DNA from: Psammoneis japonica
Lineage: Eukaryota
Assembly: GCA_008632985.1 (NCBI GenBank)
Contig: QPGO01000182.1
Location: forward strand, 62,001-126,000
Length of the DNA stretch: 64,000 nucleotides
Direction of reading: 5' to 3'
The notes below the pieces were generated by a model. It saw only the letters and a list, made by a program, of their open reading frames with translations, was not told where the DNA came from and made no database searches. A program made the position numbers and the translations under genes. Below are positions 48,895 to 61,688 of the stretch, one piece after another. Each line of letters begins with the position of its first letter. The stretch's first letter is position 1.

Positions 48895-49756
48895 ATGGAC
48901 TTCAACCAGTGCAATGCCCACCCGAGGGATGCCCACATTGATTTTAATGCAGAGGCTCATGAGCCTTTCATTGATGGGTTGTCTAAAAGCATGACAAGCA
49001 CAACAACCCTGCTGGGAAATTTCTTCCAAAGTTTGATGCCGATGCCATCCTGGCAAAGTGCTGTCACCGATGGCAGCAAAATCTCTACAAGAAGCCTGGG
49101 TGCCATGGAAAGACAAAAGAGGAGACAAAGGAAATGTGGAGAGCCAACAAAGAAGATGCGGCTTCACAGGGCACACATCTCCACACAGCCAGTGAGCCCT
49201 GCTGTCCAGGCAAGGATGTCGATTGTGACCAGGAAACAATTGATTGGAGACAATTCCTGTCATTTCAAGAGGAAAATCAGTTGTCACCCTTTCGAACAGA
49301 GATGCGTCTTTGGTCAAGTGATCACTGGCTGGCAGGGACAATTGACATGGCAGTCATGAATGCAGATGGAGCACTTTCCATTTGTGACTGGAAAAGGACC
49401 AAGGGGAAAGCATCTTCCAGAATGAGAGGTCATGGGGTCGCCATGGCTTCGGTCCTCTCTCCAATCTTCCCGACAACCACTTTTGCAGGTGCAGGATGCA
49501 GTTGAACTTGCACCGGGAACTGCTGGAGAGCTGCTGTGGCCATGAAGTCAGCTCCATGCACGTCATGAGCTTTCATCCAAAAGCTGGAACCTGTGAATCA
49601 ATGGCCACAGATCGCATGGAAACTCATGCCAGGGCCCTTCTGGATCTCCAGCATCTTGATGTTGAGCCTGGCAACGTTCAGCAGTTAGCCTCAAATGTCA
49701 GTGCTCTGGCAATCAGTGATGGCAAACAAGCCATGAGGGAAGAACTTGAAAATTAA
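48895..49756 (+). pseudogene. PD-(D/E)XK nuclease-family gene, frameshifted and TpA-hypermutated
   Basis: NAHPRDAHIDF..TSTTT, GTHLH, PFRTEMRLW..LAGTIDM..LSICDWKR, QLNLHRELLESCCG..MHVMSFHP. Confidence 0.75.
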
Positions 49757-50349
49757 GTCGGCTGCACGGACTGTGGACTGTGGGCCCAAGAAGACAGTCC
49801 CTGACCGCACCGCACGATTGGCTGCTTTCCTTCTGAGCTTTTGTGTTGTGCTGCAACACGCATGTGAAATGCAGAGAGACAGGGAAATGATGACCAGTTT
49901 GTCATTCCACAAACCAGTTGGCAAAAGATCATTGTGCTCATGTTGCACGGAGCGTGAAAGATTGCATCAATCAGCGCAAGGTCCAAATCGTGTTGGTTTT
50001 TGCAGCGCAGATTTTTACGAGGTCATGTGGCCGCAAGGCTGCGCGGCAGGGTGCGAGGCATTTCTTTCAAGCACCTGGCACAGCATTTGGCAGGCTCCGG
50101 AAGCTCTCTGTTGACCACAGCCAGAGGAGCATTTTAGTGGAACTCGCAGAATGCTAAAATTTGAAATTGGATGATTGTCTGGCTGGAACAATGTTCAAGG
50201 AACCCTGAACTGCCCACACCCAAAGTTCTGCATCTGTGATTTTGCAAACCCATTTGTCATTTTCTGCCATTCTTGAGCATTTGACAGCTCACATTTGTCA
50301 GATTTGAATGTCATTGATGTTTTCAGCCATGAAGAAAAACAAGGGCTCC

Positions 50350-53300
50350 AGACATCCCACCATTGTGCATGAAGCCACAAATGGCCCCAACTCTGAAGAA
50401 TGGATCAAGGCAGTCAAAACTGGCAAATGCCCAGTGTGAATGTTTCTCACCCAGGTGATGGGCATTTTGGCTCAAGAGACTTCTGAGTGGGGCTCCACTG
50501 TGAGGAAGTGTGGGGCATCATGTTGTGTTCATGGCAGCCTTCAGAAACATGGGGTGGACCACATTGAAGAACACACAATTGTTTTGTGCAGTTGTCAATG
50601 CAGTCACTCACTGTCTCCTCACCACTGTGCTCAAGAGCCAGGGAGGTTGGGTGGCCATTCATGTGCACTGCCTGCACTCAGCCTCCACAATGGTTTGCAC
50701 TGGCAGGAAAACTGAGCAAAGTTTTGGAGCTTTGAAAGTTCCATGGTCCCGAGCAATCACCAAAATGTTGCCGGTCCCATCAAAATGTGGTTGGACACCA
50801 TCCAACATTGACCCCAGCCCTCACCTCAAAAAGGTGGCATGTGATGGGTGTTGTTCATGTTGACAACAATGCAGCCATCCAAGAGAATCTTCTCACAAGT
50901 TTCCTGAGCCCCCCACAGATTCAAACCTGCAGAGCTTCCAAGTGCAAATTTTGGCCACCATGTGTTCTTTTGAGCTGTGTGATGAAGAAGAAGTCTGAAA
51001 CTTTCTTTGGGGTCAAGATTGACAGACTGTCCAATGGCTGATTTTTGCCAACTCAACCTGGTCTCATTGAAAATGTTCTGTGTGCCTCCAAAATGGAAAG
51101 CTCTGCAAGCAACCAAGCACACATCCCAGCTCTTCCTGAGCCTGTTGTGTGCGGGCAAAAACAGAAGGCATTTGAAAAACTCTGAGATTGTCAATCTGTT
51201 GTTGGAGTGCTGGGCACACCTTGCAATCAATGGTTGGAGACAAACCATGTTGTGCACACAACATGTTTTGCATGCACTGCATGCATCTCATGCTGCTGCC
51301 ATTGAGCTCATTCTTCATCATCTTGCATCACCACTTTTGACCAAAGCCTTGTTTTTTTTTAAACCAGCTTCCAAGAACAAGAGCCAAGTTGGCTGATGCA
51401 CCAACTCTGATTTCACACCAGGCGAGACTCTTTGGCATCAAAGATGGGCAAGAGACTCAGTGTCAGCAGCCAGGTCCCCATGTGGGCCATCATCTCATTC
51501 TTTGTTGTGAGGGTGATGGCACTCAATTGTCAGGGGTGTCCAAGCTGGTGGGAGCCTCTGCAGTCTCTGATCACTCTCTCCTCTTTTTGGGAGGGGTGGA
51601 GCACCATGGTGTGACACTTTCTTGTCCTGTGCTGTGACCTGACCCCCCTTTTGGGAAATTCTCAAGGAAATCAATGCTCTTATTTTTGGGCAGTCAGATG
51701 GTCACAACTTCCTCTTTTGCTCCTGCTGTGTGCCATGTGCACTCCAAAGCATTCACTCTTGACAGCTGTTGAACACCGACGCATCATCATCTCCCAATTT
51801 CTTGCCTCTGCCTGGCACATCTGCTGCTGTGCATGAGGACAGTGTTGCCTGCCTCAAATTCACCTGTGTGCTGCAAAATTTTCTCTGAGAGAACCAAGCA
51901 CACTGGTGTGTGCATGTTCTGCATCACTGGCCTCATGCTGAAAAGAGGAGAATTTTGGAGATTCGCGGTGCACCCAAAAAACCCACCCTCTGCCAGCGTC
52001 CCACCTCCAAGCAACTGGCCAATCAGTTTGAGAAGGGGCTGCAGCCTGTTGAAATGTTCCACGCTGTTTGCAAGGCTCTTGTGGGGTGGTGAACACTCTC
52101 TCAAGGGATGAGAGGGAGAGTCACCACTCAACTGTGTGTGCGGGGTCATGCTTCAGCCAAAACTCTGACCCCCTCCTCCCACTTTGTTTTGTGCCTGAGC
52201 TCTGACTTGAATGACTTTTTTCTCTGCATCAAACAATTGCAACCATCATGACTTTTAGACTCTGTGTTTGTCAAGGTTCGCCACCACCTTTTGCACTGTT
52301 GCTGTTGTCCAACCTCTCAGAGGTCTCCAGCTCAAAGCAGACTGTTGTCACGAGTGCATGATGATGTGCAGCATGCATGCAGACAAAAGGTTGTTTTTGT
52401 CACGCCCTTTGTGACATTTAAAGGCTGCAACACGTCGCCGTGACACATTGGCTCTTGTCAGCAGCTGTGTGTTGCACTTCTCCCCATGTGTCGCGCGTCC
52501 ATGCGGCTCTTTGCTAACGTGCACTGACACTGCACGGTTTTGGCGGAACAGTGTGGGTACGTGCGAAGGAACACACAGAACTGCACAGAGTTTTACGCGT
52601 TCGACAGTGATCAACGTTGCTGCAGACAACTCCCACTCAGGGTTTCGAACCCCTGGCCTCCTGCCCAATGGTTGCGATGAACCACTCCGCTGTGAATTCA
52701 CAATGCAGCATGCACGCAGACAAAAGGTTGTTTTTGTCACGCCCTTTGTGACATTTAAAGGCTGTGACACGTCGCCGTGATGCATTGACTCTCACCAGTG
52801 GCTGTGTGTTGCAGATGAGGCAGGTGCGACAACACGACACGGCACTCCTGCCATTGCATGTGCCTTCTCCTTGCCAATGCCAACAGACTCAAAACCACAG
52901 AGACTGCAAACAAAAACTGGCCACCATGTGTTCTTTTGAGCTGTGTCATGAAGGAGAAGCCTGTGACTTCCTTTGGGGTCAAGATCAACAAACTGCACAG
53001 TGGCTGATTTTTGTCAGCTCAACCTGGACTCATTGAAAAATTCTGAGTGCCATTTCCAAGATGAAAAGCTCTGTGCAAGCAATGGAGCACACCACACCCC
53101 AGCTCTTCTCAAGCCTGTTGTGTGTGGACAAAACCAGGTTGCCATTTGAAGAACCCTGAGATGGTTGATCTGTTGTTTGAGCACACCAGCAGCATGCCTT
53201 GCAGCCAACAGTTTGGCAGTCAGGTTGTGCGTGATGTTTTGCACGCACCACAAGCATCTCATGCTGCTGCCATTGAGCTCATTCTTCACAATGATTGTCA

Positions 53301-54297
53301 CAAGAAAAGATTGCCTCTGACCAAAGCCTCACATTTTTGAAGCCAGCAGCTTCCAGCAACCAAGTTGGCGCTGCTGTTGTGCTGGCTCTGTTCATTTTGC
53401 AGAACTCTTTGGTGCCAAAGATGGGCAAGAGACTCAATGTCACCAGCCAAGTTCCCATGTTGGCCATCATCATTTTTCTTTGTTGTGATGGTGATGGTGC
53501 CTGATCATTGGGGGTGTCCAAACTGGTGGGAGCCTGCAATCTCCAGTCACTCTCTCCACTTTGGGGATGGAGCATGCCACACTTTCTCATGCCCCGTGCA
53601 TGACCTGAGCCCTGTTTGGGAAATTGTCAAGGAAGCCAGTGCTTGTGACTTTGGTGGCAGCCTGACAATGGTGTCACAGGCAAAAGCTGTTTCACAGCCA
53701 AAACACTCCAGAAGACCTTTGCAATCTCAGTGCTGGTGCAGGCACCCCCTGTTGACCCTGCCAAGAACTTGTTGCCTGCATCTGCTGTGCATCATGAGCG
53801 AGTGAGGAAAGTGTGCTGCCTGCCCAAAACACTTGCCCATGCCTCAAAAACACTTGCCCGTGCACCAAAGTTTCATCTTCCCAAGCCAAGCATGTTGATG
53901 TGCTCCACATTGGTGGCTCTTTTGTGTCCCCAACCAAGTGTGGGGAGGGTCGTGAGATTTGGAGATTGGCTGATGACACCCAGCACAGCACCTCTGTGTC
54001 AGCACTGCTGCCAAGCATCAACTGGCCTGCCAGTTTGAGAGAAAGGTGCAAGAAGGGGCTGCCCGGCAAAAATGTTCCGTGCTGTTTGCAAGGCACTTGT
54101 GGGTTGATGAACATCTTCTCCACCGGTCTCCCACAGCGCTCTGATCTCTGATTTGAAACTCTCTTTTTTTTCTTTGCATCAAACAAAAATTGCAACTGTC
54201 ACAATTTTTAGACTCTCTGTTAGTCAAGGTTCACAACTCCCTTTCACGTCGTTGCTGTTGTCCAAACCCTCAGAGGTGTAGACTCCAGCTCAAAGCA
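50350..54297 (+). mobile_element. Two tandem, highly degraded copia-like RT remnants (about 50350-52340 and 52900-54297) with a spacer containing an about 85-bp direct repeat
   Basis: VMGVVHVDN (YVDD position) and FFGVKIDRLSNG..TQPGLIENVL. 50950-52340 aligns with 52915-54298. 52369-52455 is repeated at 52705-52792. Confidence 0.6.
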
Positions 54298-54545
54298 GAG
54301 TGTCACGAGTGGCAAGACAAGGCCGACATCGCACGCACGGACGCGAGAAAAGCACTCCACAGCAAGCGCGGCGCGCGCGAGCGGAGAGCCGCCAAGACAC
54401 CGGCACTACGGCGACCGAAACCGAAACGCACACGCGAGGGCGACCAGACTCGCGGACTCAACACACACACTCAATTCATTCACGTCTCGTTCTCGGTGCT
54501 CTGCTGTTGCATCCGTCCCAAACATACAATCAATCCATTCAAACA

Positions 54546-55805
54546 ATGAGCGAACGCCATCATTTACGTGATCGTACTCTTATTCTCCGTGTCCTGGTTC
54601 CTTCTCTGGAGACGCGTCTTCGTGACAAGATGAAAATGGCGGAAGAACAGGCCAAACGCGCCAAGAAACCTGCTGCCGGTGACTCGTCGTCGTCCTCGGC
54701 CTTGTCTTTTATGGATCTCGATGGAGTCACGTGTGAACCAAGTCGAGACGGATCGACCTTGTGGAACTTTCACTGTGACGGGGCTGTGTATCCCGGTCGT
54801 CTTGTGAATTTGCCGTGTCCGGGTGAGTAAAAGAAATTCATACATAACGAGGCTGAGGGAGATATTCTCTGAATTTTCCTCGCTTTGATTCGTGCTCGAT
54901 CTATTGTTTTACTTGCTCGTTATTACACATTACTTACTTATATCACTTACATTACACATCATTTGCTTCTTTTCCCTTTTTTCGTTTCAGTCGAATTACA
55001 CAAGACGCACGATCACGCTGTTTATTTCAAGTCGGTCGATGTCGCTCAGCTCTTGATTGTATACGAAGATCGCATGGAAATGGAAGAGGCCGAAGCCGCA
55101 CCGGGTTACAAATCGGAAAGCTTTCCCAGTTATTACCATTCGGGTTTGACCCCACCCATGAAGCGCGTCGTGGAACGCCGCTACGAAGCCCGCGATCACA
55201 AGGCGGTCCCACCGCCACGACTGGAAGTTCAACAAGTCGAGGATGAACTCATTACGCTGATTGAACGCGTCAGCAAGGATTCTGGGAAGGGCAGTGGACG
55301 AGGCAAAAAGAGTAGCAACAATGCCACGGTGGCACATAAAGTTATTGAAGAAGTTGTCGAAGATGTGGTGGATTATGAACCGTGGATGGATGATTATGGA
55401 CGAACGCCGTATGGAATTGAAATTGATGAAAAGGACATCATGTGCAGCAAACATCCCGAATTGTGGATTGATCCACAAGAAGTGGCGAAAATCAAAAAGG
55501 AACAAACGGAAAAGGAGGACGCGGCCAAGAAGAAAAAGGAAGAAAAGGCTGCCAAGAAAAAGGAGAAAAAGGCTAAAAAGGCACAAGAAGAAGCCGCCGC
55601 CGCGAAGAAACCTTCCGTCAAGAAGGGCATTCCGGCCAAAAAGAATATGGAACCCTTGGACGAAGTCGGTCAAGCTGCCGCACAAATGTCACAAGAAATG
55701 GACGATGAAGACTTTCTCGAGTATGACCTGGGTTTCAGTTTTGATGGGGATGACAAATTTGAAGAATCGTCCGTGGTGGGAATCAATTTGGATGATCTGA
55801 GTTAA
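54546..55805 (+). CDS. TAF7: TFIID subunit 7 (TAFII55_N domain); intron 54823-54990
   Basis: LILRV..YPGRLVNLPCP/VELHKTHD..YFKSVDVAQLLIVY..HSGLTPPMKRVVERRY. Confidence 0.85.
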
Positions 55806-55902
55806 AGAAGGACAGTTTTATTTTGATACGGATATATCTAGAGAGTTGGCCAGGACATTGCTCCGAGGGGACGCACTGAACGAGGCTTGACGAGAGGTTC
55901 CT

Positions 55903-57606
55903 TTAGTGTTTGATTCTCTTGGTTTGAGGGGCTACATGGATATTCAGCAGGAGCTTCATCAACCACAATTGAAGACTTGCGTCTGATCCTACGCTCGTAA
56001 AACTCTGATTGACGGCAGCCGTGGCTTCACTTGGTTTGTCGTCGGGCTGTTGCGTGGATGAAGCAAGGCTATGAAAAGTCTCGTCGTCGCCAAACTTGGA
56101 CGTCGCCCTCTTTGGCGACGAGGCGGGAGTGGATAGAACAGGCACTCCATTTTGGCTTGCTTGTGACTCAACATCCTCATTGGCCTCGCTTGGAAACAAC
56201 ATTCCGTCCTGGCTTGTTTGGGGCTCAGCATCGTCCACGTCCTTGCTTGGTGAGGGCGGTAAGGAATCATCCACCGAGGCTGGATCTGGTCGAGACAAAA
56301 ATACGGGCCCGTAATCGTCTCCAAGATCCATGGAAGAAGGCAATTCTGTATCCAGATAGGGCAGAACGGGCTCAACCTTGGCTATCTCCCTTGACGTATC
56401 CTTCTCGGAAGACGAGCACTCGTGCGAGGCCTCCTCTGTAATCATGGCGAGACGACTCGCCGTGAGGGACGGAAGAGATCTCTTACTCTTGCCAGAGTCA
56501 GACGTAAGGTCGGATACGCTCCAGGTGGCAGAGCGAGTCTCTAACTGATTCCCCACATGGGATCCTCCAAAGGAACTCAGTTTGCTGTCGCCACCATCAA
56601 TCATTTTCTCAAAGTAATTGCCACTCCGACGCCGAATTCCAATTTGTCCCGCTAGCGGAGATTTCTTTTGCTCCTTCAAGAGCTTGGTGTTTGATGTTCT
56701 TCGCCGAAGAATTCCATAGGTGAAAATGGCGGCAATGACAAAAAAGGTGGCCGCCATGGAGAGTGCCACCGTTGTGGTCGCCGAGGTGGAGTCTCGGCTC
56801 GTGCTACTATCGACGTCGTCGGGAAGAATGGAGAGTGTCTCGAGAAGAGCGTAGCGGAAATCGGCTCGTAGTATGTCGGAGGAGTACTGCTCAAGCAGCG
56901 TATCATTCGCCAGGACGCCTTCAATGGCCATGTAGGCAGTAAACTTGGCTCCGGTGGCACCTGTGTTTGTAAGACCATGGGCATCGCTGGTATGAGTTTC
57001 TGTTAAACTGTGAATAGTACATTTGCGTTGTTATAAAATGATGCGTGTACCTACCTTGGTTGAGAAAGATTGCATTGTATCCGCTAACTATCTGACACGT
57101 ATCTGACGGTATCAAGCACGTTTCTTTCGTTGGGACAAACACGGAAACAACAGAATTAGGTTGAATGCATCATAGACGAACCTTCGACCTCGTTCCGCTG
57201 ACTCACCATTCGAGATGAACTCATCCGTAAGCGCTGCATCAATTAGGTACATTGGACTATCATAAGTGTCACACGTATCAAGAGATGAAACAATGGCGTG
57301 AAGAATGGCCAGTTGTACCTTCTCGAGTGCATCGAGAGGATCACTGCCCTCGGCAACGTCCAACTCGTACTCGTAGTTCAACTCAAGCTTCGCTCTGTAC
57401 GTCTTTTGGGTGATGTTGTTACAGTTTGTCGTTGCAAGTCTAGTCAACTCTCGATAAGAGTCAAGTCTATTCGACTCATAAGAAGAATGGAGTCTTCGAG
57501 CGCTCATTTGCGTGGATCGGAGAAAAGAGCCACTGGCAAGCGCCATATTCGCGAGAAGAAGCATAAGCATCATTGTCATTGACGCACGTTTGTTGGCAGC
57601 GTTCAT
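55903..57606 (-). CDS. Hypothetical single-pass membrane protein with signal peptide, multi-exon
   Basis: Hydrophobic N-terminus, TM segment VALSMAATFFVIAAIFTYGILRRR, and a Ser/Asp-rich tail. Confidence 0.6.
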
Positions 57607-57889
57607 TTTGCCGTTGTGCTCGTTTGATCGTTCCAGGATGAAATAAATTGATCGTTTGAATTGAAGTTGTCGCCGCAATGCCATTTGGTAAAGAGTAGGA
57701 GTTGTCTCCCTCAAAACCTGGTTTACCATGTGCCTTGCATTCAAAAATGTGAGCGAATCATTCTGGTTCGTGCCGGCGCGGCAAGTCTGTAGAATGTACG
57801 CCGTTTTTGTACCAAATGGGTCGCGCCGCACGGTTTTGAGTGAGTCCCGCGAGCCCAAAAATTCCCGCCCATTATTCACAAGTCACAAG

Positions 57890-58100
57890 ATTTGAAATTC
57901 AATCACTTGCTTGACGACTAAGTATGGATTATGTGCAACGGCAACGTTCCAACGTTTCATTCATGAACGACTCTATTTTCAAATAGTTTGACTGGTACGA
58001 AGGATTCCAAATGCATTTCTTTGTTGCTATGACAATATCAACGATCAAAACGAATTCGACGTGTTGAAGATTTGCGACCCGTCAATGAGAAAGGAGAGCG
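57890..58100 (+). repeat. About 200-bp intergenic segment duplicated at about 60160-60350
   Basis: gcaacggcaacgtt..tcattcatgaacgac..aaatag.ttgac.gg..gaaggattccaaa is shared. Confidence 0.75.
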
Positions 58101-58115
58101 TTGCTGTAACAAGTC

Positions 58116-59506
58116 ATGGAAAAGTCATTTCTTACTCAGACAGAATGGTCTCGCTGGTTGACAGAAAAAGCGACGGATGCGTGGGAAGATATTACGTTCA
58201 ATTCCGACTCTTTTGAGAACAACAAAGCCCCCGAGCCTGTCGTGTCCTTCTCAATCGGTGCCGGGTTGGCGGGAGTTACAGCCATTTGGTGGTTTCTGCG
58301 GTGGAAGAAGCTCGTAGAGTCGGATGAGTTGACCAAGCAGCTTAGAAGTTGTGAAGGGAATATGTTTGTTTGGTCGTTGGCTCCCTCTATTCGGGCCCTG
58401 AGCACCAACGATTCGGTAGCTTTCGCCATGTTGAGAATGGGTGCTCAGACATTTTTGTTCTTGGGAGGCTTCCAGCAGAATTATCAGCAAGCGTTTTGGA
58501 TCATTATTATCATTCTAGCACTAGAAATTGCCGTGGATGCCACCACAACTATTGTTTATGCTAATTATCAAGCAAAGGGGGTGAGGATGACCCTGTCGAA
58601 GCATCCTTTGTTCTGCTTATCTTTGTGCATTGAGATGCTACTTACACTGGCTCTTGCCCTTCGTTCTCTACGTGTTGAATTTGTCTGCAGAAAACGACGC
58701 TTGAACACACCACTACAAGTATTTACGATGGCTTCGACCGCTCGTTCTTGCTGACTCTGATCTTTTTTGGCGCACAATCTCTTTTGATTGTGTTTCTATT
58801 GACTCAGACCTATGATCGAGAGACTATGGTAGCAAGGGATGGTACGCCGGGCGTGCCAATTGTAGGCACTCTTGGTTCATATCTCTTGTATTTGCTCGGG
58901 TTTCTTTTACAATGCGTCATTTTGCTAGGCCCTCGTGTCGGCTACGGTTTGAGCGCGACCATTCGTGATTTTCAGTTTTGGGGGAAAGTATGGCGGGTGA
59001 CTTCCTCATCCTCCAAGGCGCAGTTTGAATATACACACAGCGCCAAACAAAAGGAACAGTCCATTCCGTTGCAAAAGGGGGATCCCGTAGTTTGGCTTCG
59101 GTTTGGTATGACCTCTTTTGTCAATGGATTCGGGTACCACACTTTGAATCACTTGATCCCCATCTTCGCTGCTTCACAAGCTACTGTTGCCGGTGTAATC
59201 TCAGTCGCTCTCGGCATTGGATATCTCTTCAGTCTCGACAAGTCGTCGGGTGGCTCGGATGTACGCCTTGTCATGGACGATGGAGTGAAGCAAGACAAAA
59301 AGGATGCATCTGATAAAAGCGACGGTGAGAATAGAAAGTCTACCAGCAGTAAGGACGCTGCGACACTGATCGAGGAGGCACAAGAGCAGGCGCGGCTGTT
59401 GGAAAAAGAGATGGCCGAGAAGGCTTCTAAAATACACGAACAGTTGCAGAAAGACTTGAGTGACTTGGAGATTAGGCATGTCGCAAAGAATGACGAAGTT
59501 GCTTGA
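58116..59506 (+). CDS. Hypothetical multi-pass membrane protein, intron about 58581-58690
   Basis: Two ORFs with several hydrophobic helices and a C-terminal coiled coil. Confidence 0.65.
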
Positions 59507-60536
59507 TGAGAGCTGAATCCTGTAAGTTGGATCGGGTATCTGAGTTCCAGCAGTAGAATATGACAGATATATTTGGCTGACTTGATCATTTATCGCAGAT
59601 CAAGATGATCGCAGGAAAAAGCAAACAATTTGTCATTTATGTCGCAGCATTGTCGACACTGTTCGTACGAAGCAACGTGGTCGTTTTAGGTAGTGTGCAT
59701 CCTAAAGTATCATTCAAAAATTCACCGTTGTGAACAACCTGGCTTAGTTCTAGTGTTGGGGTCACCACATGAAGAGATTGAGATTGTATCATCGGAGCAG
59801 AGCCGTTTTCTTTCCATTCATCGTGCATAGACCATGGAATGCGGTTTAGTAGGCTATTTTTTCTAAAGAGGCCTGCAGTAGAGAGAGATTTCCGTGCTTA
59901 TGGCAGAGTGTCTAGAGTGTAGACAGCAGCTGTGGTGTCTGTACTCTACACTACTACTAGCTAGAGAGAGCCTCTTGTTGAGAGTATATACCCCATGGCA
60001 CTCTGTGCTGATACTTACACCTGCTGTTCTTATGCTGCAGCACCCACTAGCTAGATTCCTCCTGTAGGGTGTGCAATTGTGAACTCGTTACGTAAGATTT
60101 TGTGTCAATCGAGCCTTGATGGAATAACTCACGAAGTTTTGCTTTCAGTCAGATTCGAGATTCAATCACAAAGCATGGACATGCAACGGCAACGTTTCAT
60201 TCATGAACGACATGGTTTCAAAATAGATTGACCGGCATGAAGGATTCCAAACGCACTTCTTTTCTTGCAATGAGCACATTAACGATCATGACGAAGTCGA
60301 CGAGAGAAAACTCAATCGCAAGTGCACTTTAATGAGATTAAAAGGAGAAGTAGTTTCACTTGCTATCAATCAAGTCATTCCGAGCGCCAGGGATTGAATT
60401 GGATGCCGCATAGCAATCGTCGCTAATACGATTATAGTAATCTATGATTCTAAAGGCTGATGCTGGAACCAAAAATGTTCGAAGCAAGAAGTGGTCGAGC
60501 CAAAGGGTACCATCTCTGCTGTTCACCCCACTATAA

Positions 60537-61549
60537 CTAGCTGCTGTCAGCGATTGTCTTCTTTGTAGAGGACGGAGCATCCGCTTCAACGCTCTCTTCT
60601 GCTTGCAAATCAAAACGGTTCTCCAAAGGTGTCGCCAAACACTACTTCATTCATACTCAGGCGCGGAGTTCGCTTAACTCCCCTCCTTCTTCATATTCAT
60701 ACCCTGTCGCAACTAGGAGCGGAATGTCGTATCGATCCGGAACGCGTAAAATCTCCTTGACTCGTCGCGCATCGAATCCTTCCATGATGCACGTTGCCAA
60801 ACCATGGCTCGTGGCCGCTAAAACATAGGTTTGAGCCATGAGCGCTGCATTTTTATAACTCCATGATTGAATGGGCTCCACCGATGGCATGGGTTGAACC
60901 TGTGACAGCACGTCGGTGGCAATCGTTTTCGCCAGTGTGGCCGCGTGTCCTTCTCCAGTCAGAAAGGACGATGCGACGGGCAACACCGCCATGTAATTGA
61001 TATCTCTCATGTTTGCTTTGGTTTCTAACTCAATGATTCGATTTATTCGTTTTCCCACCTCCAAGTCAGCCAAAAAGACAGCCAAGGTGGAAGCGTCTCT
61101 GGTTCGAAAGTTATTGCCGGCACCCAACATTGCATTCTTGGAAAGTGATTCTTTGATTTTTGGGCATTCCACCATGAGAACTTGAGTTGGTTGGAGATTG
61201 AAACCTGAGGGAGCTCTCTATTTCGAAAAAGAAAATGAGGACAGGGCCGTGAGAATCAACGGATGTAGTAGCAGCTGGGTTGGCAGAAATGCAGATATTC
61301 ATACCAGTGTCGACTCGAGAACGTCGGCAAGAACTGATCTGGGGATTATTCGATCTGTTTGGAATCTTTTTGTGGAGTGTCTGGCTCGAGCGATTGCTCG
61401 AAAGGATGATGCGTTTGCATTGTTGGTGGTAAGGGAGTACTTTTTGGTCGAGAAGGGAAAGTTGAAAGTAATGACGAGGTTGCATGCGGTGCGTGCCGAT
61501 CATTGTCGGTCGTCGTTCTGGCTCCGCGTTCCGTGACAAGAGCTCGCAC
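60537..61549 (-). CDS. Nitroreductase-family flavoprotein, spliced; ends approximate
   Basis: RAPSGFNLQP and AQTYVLAATSHGLATCIMEGFDARRVKEILRVP..LLVATGY. Confidence 0.85.
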
Positions 61550-61688
61550 GAGAAAATAGAGAAGGAACCTGGAATCTTAACAGATTCTCTGATTTTGAAA
61601 TATCTTTCGTCCAGCCATCATGATCAGCCATCCCAAAAAACAGACACAAGAAACAAGAATGGGATGTTGAATGTTATGAGATTGCACC

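Noticed and set aside
52369..52792. CA-versus-TG differences between repeat copies (gcaacac/gtgacac) as proof of ancestral TA
   Set aside because: An ancestral CG gives the same pair, so the origin cannot be determined without an unmutated copy.
52369..52792. Direct repeats as a CRISPR array
   Set aside because: Only two copies of about 85 bp, about 335 bp apart, in a eukaryotic context with no cas genes.
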